This document shows positions 8,120-15,593 of a stretch of DNA of 30,670 nt, piece by piece. Position 1 is the stretch's first letter. Every line of letters begins with the position of its first letter. The stretch is from Abditibacteriaceae bacterium (GTDB lineage: Bacteria; Armatimonadota; Abditibacteriia; Abditibacteriales; Abditibacteriaceae). Below the pieces are notes generated by a model, which did not search any database, was not told the origin of the DNA, and saw only the letters and a program-made list of their open reading frames with translations. The stretch is from positions 1 through 30,670 of the forward strand of contig JANPJS010000126.1 in the NCBI GenBank assembly GCA_031425655.1, written 5' to 3'. The translations under genes were made by a program, and so were the position numbers.

Positions 8120-9037
8120 ATGGATGATCTTTCAACACAATCCGGCTCAGGCCTTGATATTCGTCTGGAGAAAATCCAGCATTTCATTGACATCGAGCGT
8201 TATGATCTGGCCGAACGCGAGCTGCGCGGCGTGCTGGCTCTGCACCCGGAAGAAGCGTTGCTTCATGTGCAACTGGGTTGGGCTTTGGAAGGGCTGGGGC
8301 GCAGCGACGAAGCCGAGCAAGAAGGCCGCGTTGCTTTGCAACTCGATCCGCAGGAAGTGGATGCGATTATCTTGCTGGCGAAGCTGAGTTTGAATGCGGG
8401 CCGGCACCGCGAATCGGAAGAATTGTGCCTCAGCGCGCTGCAAATTGATCCGATGTCGCCGCGAAACTACCTGATTTACGGCATTCTGATGCAAAAAACC
8501 GGGCATCTCGATAAAGCCGAGAAGCTGCTGCGAAAATGCCTGGAATTAGCGCCTGAAAATAATCACGCGCACAGCATTTTGTCCACTATTCTGGCGGAAA
8601 AGCGACAATCTCGCCCGGCGGTGGCGCACGGAGCTTATGGTGTCGCTCTCGACCCCGATAGCGATTATTCCCACGCGATGCTGGGCCACGCTTATCTGAC
8701 CACCGGCCATCCTTTCAAAGCCCGCACTCACCTGCGCGAGGCGCTGCGCATTGATCCCGGCGATTCCGATATCGAAGCGGCTTTTTACGAAGCCGACCGC
8801 GCGACACGCTGGATTTATCTGCCGATGTATTTCTGGACGTTGTGGATAGAGCGTCTGCCCGGCCAGCAATTCGCGGTCTGGATCGGCGCGATATTGTTAT
8901 TTCAATTGATGCCACGAATGGGAGTTCCTGAAGGCATTGCCCTCGGATTCATGCTGTCTTACATTGCATTTTGTCTTTATACATGGGTCGCCACGCCCCT
9001 CGCCAACGCGTGGATAAAATTGAGGCCGGCACGATGA
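8120..9037 (+). CDS. TPR-repeat protein with two C-terminal TM helices
   Basis: Repeated 34-aa units ending ALQLDP, ALQIDP, CLELAP, VALDP, ALRIDP; hydrophobic C-terminus. Confidence 0.88.
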   Translation: MDDLSTQSGSGLDIRLEKIQHFIDIERYDLAERELRGVLALHPEEALLHVQLGWALEGLGRSDEAEQEGRVALQLDPQEVDAIILLAKLSLNAGRHRESEELCLSALQIDPMSPRNYLIYGILMQKTGHLDKAEKLLRKCLELAPENNHAHSILSTILAEKRQSRPAVAHGAYGVALDPDSDYSHAMLGHAYLTTGHPFKARTHLREALRIDPGDSDIEAAFYEADRATRWIYLPMYFWTLWIERLPGQQFAVWIGAILLFQLMPRMGVPEGIALGFMLSYIAFCLYTWVATPLANAWIKLRPAR

Positions 9038-10467
9038 GTGAGCCAAACAACGAAGTCATCCGCGCGCTGAAACAAGCGCTGGATTTGTCGCCGAACAACG
9101 GGCCGCTCTGGCTGCATTATGCGGATTTGCTGGCAGACGCGGCGCGCCTCGAAGACGCCATCGCCGCGCTGCGTATGGCGTTGGAGCTGACCGATGACAA
9201 GCAGCCGGTGCTGCGAAAATTGCCGCCTCTGTTGCGCCGCAACGGTCAACTGGCCGAAGCCCTGATTCGCATCGAAAAGCTGCTGCTGGAAGTAGATGAT
9301 CCCGATTTGCGGCGCGAATATGCCCGCATCCTTAAGGCCCGTGGCGACAACAGCGCCGCGTTACAACAATATCAACGCGCGCTGGAAGCCGAACCGCACG
9401 CCATTGATGCCGACCTTGAAACTCTGCGCGGAATAGAAGATTCCGGCGAAGCATCATCCGGCGAAGATAGTTCCTACGATTTGAGAGCATTGCGCGGTCA
9501 GGATATTGATTCTGGGCCTGAGGAAACTGGGCCGGCTTTGGCCGAAGTCGCGCCGAGCGGAGCCGGCTTAGACGACTTGGCGGCCAATCTCGACTGGGGC
9601 GATTTCAATCTCACCTTCAACGATGTGGCGGGGCTGGAAATGGTGAAAAACCAGATTCGCCTGCGCATCATCGCGCCGTTTAAGAACCCGGAAATTTATC
9701 AGGCGTTTCGCAGAACCGGCGGCGGCGGCATTTTGATGTATGGCCCGCCCGGTTGCGGCAAAACATTTATCGCGCGGGCCACCGCCGGCGAGTGCGGCGC
9801 GCGTTTCATGGCCGTCGGCATCCATGAAATTATTGATAAGTATTGGGGCGAAAGCGAGAAGATGATGCACGCGCTGTTCGAGGAAGCTCGGCACCGTGCG
9901 CCGACGGTGCTGTTCTTCGACGAGTTCGATGCGCTGGGTTCGGCGCGAGGCCGCACCGAGTCGCAATTCTGGAAAACGCTGGTTGACCAATTGTTGCAGG
10001 AAATGGACGGTATGAGCGGCAAAAACGATGACGTTTTGATCTTCGCCGCCACCAATGTGCCGTGGAACGTGGACTCGGCTTTTCGCCGTCCGGGACGCTT
10101 CGACCGCATCCTTTTCGTGCCGCCGCCCGACGAGCCGGCTCGCGTCGAAATCCTGCGTCGTCATTCCAGCAAACTGCCCGGCGGCGAAACCGTAGATGTC
10201 GCCAAACTGGCGCGCCAGAGCGCGCTGATGACGGGCGCCGACCTCAAAGCATTGTGCGAACGCGCTTCCGAGCGGGCGCTGGATCGTTCACTCACCAGCG
10301 GCACAATTCATCCCGTGACTATGGCCGACTTCGAGCGCGAACTCAAGCAATTGCAAACCTCCGCTTCCGAATGGCTCGCCACCGCACGCAACTACGCGCG
10401 CTACTCCAACGAAGGCGGCCAATACGACGAGCTGACGGAGTTTCTAAAGCAAGCCAAACGCTGGTAA
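9034..10467 (+). CDS. AAA+ ATPase (classical clade, Vps4/CDC48-like module) with N-terminal TPRs
   Basis: Walker A GPPGCGKT; pore loop KYWGES; Walker B VLFFDEFD; SRH ATNVPWNVDSAFRRPGRFD; ATGA overlap with the upstream gene supports a start at 9034. Confidence 0.92.
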   Translation: MSEPNNEVIRALKQALDLSPNNGPLWLHYADLLADAARLEDAIAALRMALELTDDKQPVLRKLPPLLRRNGQLAEALIRIEKLLLEVDDPDLRREYARILKARGDNSAALQQYQRALEAEPHAIDADLETLRGIEDSGEASSGEDSSYDLRALRGQDIDSGPEETGPALAEVAPSGAGLDDLAANLDWGDFNLTFNDVAGLEMVKNQIRLRIIAPFKNPEIYQAFRRTGGGGILMYGPPGCGKTFIARATAGECGARFMAVGIHEIIDKYWGESEKMMHALFEEARHRAPTVLFFDEFDALGSARGRTESQFWKTLVDQLLQEMDGMSGKNDDVLIFAATNVPWNVDSAFRRPGRFDRILFVPPPDEPARVEILRRHSSKLPGGETVDVAKLARQSALMTGADLKALCERASERALDRSLTSGTIHPVTMADFERELKQLQTSASEWLATARNYARYSNEGGQYDELTEFLKQAKRW

Positions 10468-10533
10468 CTATTCTCATCATCTGTCTGCTTGTTTGCGCTC
10501 TAAAAACGCCCGAAAATTTCTTTCGATATGCCC

Positions 10534-10561
10534 TTGACGGCCCCGCTCGGTGTGCTATAAT
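10534..10561 (+). promoter_or_regulatory. Sigma70 promoter of the ArsR operon
   Basis: TTGACG-16nt-TATAAT with extended -10 (TGcTATAAT). Confidence 0.8.
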
Positions 10562-10594
10562 TAACCAAGTGGTTAATTAACCATGCGGTAAATT
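10559..10594. promoter_or_regulatory. Tandem palindromic operators, likely ArsR autoregulation
   Basis: AATTAACCA-ag-TGGTTAATT (10559-10578) and AATTAACC-atgc-GGTAAATT (10575-10594) overlap the -10/+1 region. Confidence 0.8.
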
Positions 10595-10613
10595 GCGCAG
10601 GAGGTTTTGCCCA

Positions 10614-10979
10614 ATGGCTCCCGACCCGATCAGCGTGACGTTTGCGGCTTTGTCCGATCCGACGCGCCGCGCCATTTTGGAGCGGCTGGCTGCGGGCGAA
10701 GCCTCGGTTACGGAGTTGGCGGCGCCGTTTGCCATGAGCTTGCCCGCCATTACCAAGCACCTCAAAGTTTTGGAAAATGCCGGCCTGATCTCGCGCAGCC
10801 GCGATGCGCAATGGCGTCCGTGCAAGTTGGAAGCGAAGCCTTTGCAAGACGCCTCCGACTGGATCGAGCAGTATCGCCAGTTTTGGGAAGAAAGTTTCGA
10901 CCGGCTGGACGCTTATCTCAAAGAATTGCAAAGCGAAGAACCGTCCAAAGAGGGGAAAAAAGATGACCGCAACAAGTGA
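10614..10979 (+). CDS. ArsR/SmtB family transcriptional regulator
   Basis: FAALSDPTRRAILERLA.GEASVTELA.PF.MS.PAITKHLKVLE.AGL; AGGAGG at 10599-10604. Confidence 0.93.
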   Translation: MAPDPISVTFAALSDPTRRAILERLAAGEASVTELAAPFAMSLPAITKHLKVLENAGLISRSRDAQWRPCKLEAKPLQDASDWIEQYRQFWEESFDRLDAYLKELQSEEPSKEGKKDDRNK

Positions 10980-11436
10980 AACTGTCGCCGGCCCGATGGC
11001 GCGAGAACTCGTCATCACGCGCGTTTTCGACGCGCCGCGCGCACTGGTTTGGAAAGCGTGGACAGAGCGCGAACACATGATGCGCTGGTGCGCGCCGCAC
11101 GGCTTTGTCGTCACGCATTGCGAAGGCGCGCTGCACGTCGGCGGGGCGTGGCGCAGTTGTATGCGCTCGCCCGAAGGCGAAAACCATTGGGTTGGCGGCG
11201 AGTATCGAGAACTCGTTGAAAACGAAAAACTGGTTTTTACTCACGTCTGGGACGAAACCGACCAGTCGCCTCACGAAACGCTGGTCACCGTGGTGTTTGA
11301 GGACGAAGGCGACAAAACCCGTATGACGTTTCGCCAAGAGCACTTTCGCTCAATCGCATCGCGCGACGGACACGAAGGCGGCTGGAGCGAAAGTTTCGAG
11401 CGCCTCAACGATTATTTGCAAGAACTTTCGGATTAA
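10963..11436 (+). CDS. SRPBCC/AHSA1 (CalC-like) domain protein
   Basis: RELVITRVFDAPRALVWKAWT...GEYRELV..EKLVFT...EGGW; overlaps the ArsR gene end. Confidence 0.9.
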   Translation: MTATSETVAGPMARELVITRVFDAPRALVWKAWTEREHMMRWCAPHGFVVTHCEGALHVGGAWRSCMRSPEGENHWVGGEYRELVENEKLVFTHVWDETDQSPHETLVTVVFEDEGDKTRMTFRQEHFRSIASRDGHEGGWSESFERLNDYLQELSD

Positions 11437-11447
11437 AAGGAGACACC

Positions 11448-11918
11448 ATGCCAAAAATCACGCCGTTTTTGTGGTTTGACGCTCAGGCCGAAGAAGCCAT
11501 GAATTTTTATTGCTCGATCTTCCCCAATTCCAAGCCCGGCAGCGTTTCGCGCTACGGAGAAGGCGCGCCGCTGCCATCGGGCAACGTAACATCGGTGACG
11601 TTTGAACTGGAAGGGCAGGAGTTCATGGCTTTAAATGGCGGCCCGCACTTCCAGTTTTCGCCGGCGATTTCCCTGTTCGTAAACTGCGAAACGCAGGCGG
11701 AAGTGGACGACTTGTGGGAAAAGCTCTCGCAGGGCGGCGAAAAGCAACAATGTGGCTGGCTGCGCGACAAATTCGGCGTGTCGTGGCAGATTATTCCCGT
11801 CGCGCTGGGCCAAATGCTGCAAGACCCGGACAAAAAGAAATCGCAAAACGTCATGGAAGCGATGCTGCAAATGCACAAAATTGATCTCCATGTTTTGCGC
11901 GAAGCTTACGACCGATAA
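11448..11918 (+). CDS. VOC family protein (3-demethylubiquinone-9 3-methyltransferase-like / PhnB-like)
   Basis: KITPFLWFD.QAEEA..FY.SIF, ALNGGP.F.FSPAIS, CGWL.DKFGVSWQI; AGGAG RBS. Confidence 0.92.
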   Translation: MPKITPFLWFDAQAEEAMNFYCSIFPNSKPGSVSRYGEGAPLPSGNVTSVTFELEGQEFMALNGGPHFQFSPAISLFVNCETQAEVDDLWEKLSQGGEKQQCGWLRDKFGVSWQIIPVALGQMLQDPDKKKSQNVMEAMLQMHKIDLHVLREAYDR

Positions 11919-11955
11919 AAGTCGCGCCGACGGACGCAACGCCGCTCAATTTTAG

Positions 11956-12085
11956 AGGCTATTTCAAGAGTCAAAATTGTGAATTCTTAAGCGCCTGCGG
12001 CGATCCCCAAGCCCCCTTAGTAAGGGGGTTTGGGGGTCGCCGCGCGAGGCAAAAGTCACTCTTGCCCGACTTTTGAAAATAGCCT
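11956..12085. mobile_element. MITE-like element with internal GC-rich hairpin
   Basis: Imperfect terminal IRs AGGCTATTTCAAGAGTC / GACTTTTGAAAATAGCCT; internal hairpin GCGGCGATCCCCAAGCCCCCTTA-G-TAAGGGGGTTTGGGGGTCGCCGC (11997-12043); no clear TSD. Confidence 0.6.
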
Positions 12086-12116
12086 TTCACCAAACCAACC
12101 GTCAAAAGGAACTATC

Positions 12117-12527
12117 ATGCAAGTCCAACCCTACCTGTTTTTCAATGGCCGCTGCGAAGAAGCGATGGAGTTTTACCGCGAACATTTGGGCGCCGAAGTC
12201 ACGATGCTGATGCGCTTTAGCGAGATGCCGGCCTCGGAAGGCCCGGTTATCCCGCCCGGACAGGAAAACAAAATCCTGCATCTGAGCCTGCAAATCGGCG
12301 ACACAACGGTGATGATGTCCGACGGCATGAGCGAGAGCGAAGCGAAATTCGAGGGCTTTTCTTTATCGCTCAGCGTTGCCGACGACGCCGAAGCCGAGCG
12401 TGTTTTCGCGCTGCTGGCCGACGGCGGAAAAGTGGAAATGCCCTTATCTCCGACATTTTTCGCGGCGAATTTCGGCATGGTCGCCGACCGCTTCGGCGTG
12501 TCGTGGATGGTTGTCGTAACGCTGTAA
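12117..12527 (+). CDS. VOC family protein (PhnB/YjdN-like)
   Basis: MQVQPYLFFNGRCEEA.EFY...LGAEV, KILH..L.IG, GGKV.MPL..TFFA..FGMV.DRFGVSWMV. Confidence 0.9.
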   Translation: MQVQPYLFFNGRCEEAMEFYREHLGAEVTMLMRFSEMPASEGPVIPPGQENKILHLSLQIGDTTVMMSDGMSESEAKFEGFSLSLSVADDAEAERVFALLADGGKVEMPLSPTFFAANFGMVADRFGVSWMVVVTL

Positions 12528-12550
12528 AAACAAGTTTTCGGAGGAAAACT

Positions 12551-12639
12551 ATGGTCGCAAAAACAGCGGCACTTTCAAATTGCCAATTCCCACGGAGCGC
12601 GAATTCGTTATCACGCGCGTCTTCAATACGCCGCGCTAA
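12551..12639 (+). pseudogene. Frameshifted, truncated SRPBCC gene relic
   Basis: GGAGG plus ATG 12551; after a 1-nt shift in the A5 run it reads NSGTFKLPIPTEREFVITRVFNTPR*, matching RELVITRVFDAPR of the 10963 gene. Confidence 0.75.
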
Positions 12640-12703
12640 CAGGTGCCGGCATACCCCTTGCCCGACTTATTCAACTCCTCGAAAGGTTAATTTCCGCAAT
12701 CCC

Positions 12704-15352
12704 ATGAATACAACACACCGCTTTTCCTTGCGTTTTTTAGCGCTCGGTTGTGCTTTGGCGTCAGTCGTGGCGCCAAAGCTCGCCTACGCGCAAAGCACCG
12801 CGATGAACGGCGCTTTGCCGCCGCTTCGCCCGCCGTCGGTGCCCCTGGTGATACACGATCCTTACTTCTCGGTTTGGTCGAATTCCAACAAGCTTTACAG
12901 CGACGAAACGCGACACTGGACGGGTAGGGAAAACCGACTGGGTGCGATGGTGCGCGTTGATGGCCAGACTTTCCGCTTGATGGGCGCGCAGCCCGAAGAA
13001 TCGGCTTCTCTGCCGCAAACCGGCGTTTTGGTGCTGCCCACGCGCACGCTTTACACCTTCGCCAACCAGAAAGTGCAGGTGCAGATGATTTTCCTGACGC
13101 CCGCGATTCCCAGCGACATCGAAGTGCTGTCGCGGCCCGTGACCTACGTTTCGTATTGGGTGCGCTCGCTCGACGGCAAGAATCACGATATTCAGTTTTA
13201 CACGGACGCGAGCGCCGACCTTACGGTCAACGACGCCAATGTGCAGAAAGTGACGTGGAACCGCGTTGCGGCGGGCAACCTGACGGCGCTGCGCATGGGT
13301 TCGGTGGATCAGCCGGTTTTGGCCAAACGCGGCGACGACTTGCGCATTGACTGGGGCCATCTTTATGTGGCCGCGCTTAATTTCAGGGGCTTGCAAAGCG
13401 TCTTGACTTCGCGCGAAAACGCGCAAATGATGTGGGGACGCACGGGCAATTTGCCGACATCCGACGACATAGCCACGCCGCGCACTCCCAACGACCGTGC
13501 GCCGGTCGCGGCTTTGGCGTTTAACATGGGTCGGGTCGGGTCGCAGCCGGCTTCGCGCACCATGATGATCGCCTATGACGACGAGTATTCGATCAACTGG
13601 ATGGGCCGCAGACTGCGCCCCTATTGGCGCCGCAACGGCATGGATGCCATCGGTTTGCTCCATGTCGCGGCCCGCGATTACGAAGCATTGAACAAGCGTT
13701 CCATCGCCTTCGACGACGAATTGATGGCCGATTTGCGCACCGTGGGCGGCGAGAAATACGCGCGCTTGACGGCTTTAGCGCATCGTCAAGCGTTTGCGGC
13801 GCAGAAGATCATCGCCGATGCCAACGGCGCGCCCTTAATGTTCTCCAAAGAGAACTTTTCCAATGGCTCCATCGGCACCGTGGATTTGATGTATCCGGCA
13901 GCGCCGCAGCAATTATTGCTCTCGCCGACTTTGCTCAAAGCGACGATGGAGCCGATCATGTTGTATTCAAACGGCCCGCGCTGGCCGTTCCCGTTCGCGC
14001 CCCACGATGTCGGCGTTTATCCCCACGCGACTGGAATGCTTTACGGCGGCGGCGAGAACATTCCCTCCGACGGCGATGTGAGCAGCAAAATGCCGGTCGA
14101 AGAATCGGGCAATATGCTGATTTTGCTGGGCGCTCTGGCCAAAGTCGAAGGCCATACCAAATACGCCGACCGTTATTGGCCGACCATCACCAAGTGGGCG
14201 AATTATCTGATTAGCAAAGGCTACGATCTGGATAATCAGCTTTCGACCGACGACTTTTCGGGGCATCTGGCGCACAACGTCAACTTGTCGGGCAAATCTA
14301 TCGAGGCGCTGGGCGCCTACGCTTTCATGAGCGAAATGCGCGGCGATAAGGCCGAAGCCAAGCGCGTGCGCGGCATCGCCGAAGGCATGGCCAAACAATG
14401 GATGGACGCGGCCAAAGATGGCGATCATTACCGTATCGCCTTCGACAAGCCCGGCACCTGGAGCCAGAAATACAACATCGTCTGGGACAACATTCTCGAC
14501 ATCAACTTGTTCCCCGACAGCGTGCTGGAGCAGGAGGTGGCCTTCTACAAGACCAAGCAGAATCGCTACGGCCTGCCGCTCGATTCGCGTGAGAATTACA
14601 CCAAGCTCGACTGGATCATTTGGAGCGCGTCAATGACCGGCAAAAAAGCCGATTTGATGGCGTTCGCCGATCCGGTTTACGACTTTTTACATGAAACGCC
14701 CACGCGCGTGCCGATGACCGACTGGTATCGCACCACCAACGGCACGCAGGTGGGTTTTCAGGCGCGCTCTGTAGTGGGTGGCGTGTTTATTCCGGTTTTG
14801 AACAACCGTCAAATCTGGAACAAATGGGCCGCACGCGATTTGGCGATGGCTAAAAACGTCAACCTCAACTGGGCGCCGCTGCCGCCGCCGTTGCAGATCA
14901 CCGAAGTTGTGCCGACCTCGGCCAAAGGCGGCCTGACGTGGAGCTACACGACCTCACAGCCGGCGGGCGATTGGTTCGCGACCAACTACAATGCCACCGC
15001 ATGGAAGACAGGCGAGGGCGGTTTCGGCACGACAGGCCCGCCGGGTGCGGTCGTTCGCACGGCGTGGAACACTTCCGATATTTGGGCGCGCCGCGAGTTC
15101 ACGCTGAGCGAAGCCCAGCTTGCTAACCGCGACCAGTTGCAGTTGATGCTCTACCACGATGAAAACGCCGAGGTCTACATCAACGGTGTCCCCGCGCTCA
15201 ACGTCTCCGGTTACAGCAGTGCTTATGAGCCGTTCCCGATTGCCAAAGCGGCTTTGGCCGCGCTCAAACCGGGCAAAAACGTGTTTGCGGCTCACGTCCA
15301 CCAAACCACCGGCGGACAATTCATTGACATGGGATTGGCGACCGTTAAGTAA
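12704..15352 (+). CDS. Secreted glutaminase A (GtaA)-like six-hairpin protein (DUF5127/DUF4965/DUF1793-like) with C-terminal galactose-binding-like domain
   Basis: LRPPSVPL..HDPYFSVWS, FSKENFSNG.IGTVD..YP, APHD.G.YP.ATG, MPVEESGNM, QLSTDDFSG, WSQKYN.VWD, YTKLDW, FQARSVVGG motifs; signal peptide after ATG 12704. Confidence 0.85.
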   Translation: MNTTHRFSLRFLALGCALASVVAPKLAYAQSTAMNGALPPLRPPSVPLVIHDPYFSVWSNSNKLYSDETRHWTGRENRLGAMVRVDGQTFRLMGAQPEESASLPQTGVLVLPTRTLYTFANQKVQVQMIFLTPAIPSDIEVLSRPVTYVSYWVRSLDGKNHDIQFYTDASADLTVNDANVQKVTWNRVAAGNLTALRMGSVDQPVLAKRGDDLRIDWGHLYVAALNFRGLQSVLTSRENAQMMWGRTGNLPTSDDIATPRTPNDRAPVAALAFNMGRVGSQPASRTMMIAYDDEYSINWMGRRLRPYWRRNGMDAIGLLHVAARDYEALNKRSIAFDDELMADLRTVGGEKYARLTALAHRQAFAAQKIIADANGAPLMFSKENFSNGSIGTVDLMYPAAPQQLLLSPTLLKATMEPIMLYSNGPRWPFPFAPHDVGVYPHATGMLYGGGENIPSDGDVSSKMPVEESGNMLILLGALAKVEGHTKYADRYWPTITKWANYLISKGYDLDNQLSTDDFSGHLAHNVNLSGKSIEALGAYAFMSEMRGDKAEAKRVRGIAEGMAKQWMDAAKDGDHYRIAFDKPGTWSQKYNIVWDNILDINLFPDSVLEQEVAFYKTKQNRYGLPLDSRENYTKLDWIIWSASMTGKKADLMAFADPVYDFLHETPTRVPMTDWYRTTNGTQVGFQARSVVGGVFIPVLNNRQIWNKWAARDLAMAKNVNLNWAPLPPPLQITEVVPTSAKGGLTWSYTTSQPAGDWFATNYNATAWKTGEGGFGTTGPPGAVVRTAWNTSDIWARREFTLSEAQLANRDQLQLMLYHDENAEVYINGVPALNVSGYSSAYEPFPIAKAALAALKPGKNVFAAHVHQTTGGQFIDMGLATVK

Positions 15353-15369
15353 AAGCCAATGACGGAACT

Positions 15370-15406
15370 AAAGGGCGCGTTTTCCGAAAGGAAAGCGCGC
15401 CCTTTT
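15370..15406. terminator. Rho-independent terminator, possibly bidirectional
   Basis: AAAGGGCGCGTTTTCC-GAAA-GGAAAGCGCGCCCTTTT between convergent genes. Confidence 0.85.
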
Positions 15407-15593
15407 GGTTCCTGCTCGCGCTGTTTTGCGGGTGTTGGCGACGGCCCGATATTGTGATGTTGCGCGCCGTCGGAGCCGATTTTTACTGCACGCAGTAAAG
15501 ATGGAAAAACCGCACGCGATGTAGCTCAGAAGGTAGCTCAGAAGTTTGGATTTAGAGAGCTCAATAGGCTGTGACGAATTCTCAGACTGCTTC

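Noticed and set aside
12503..12550. Track start of the 949-aa ORF
   Set aside because: Begins inside the VOC gene with no RBS; the signal peptide follows ATG 12704
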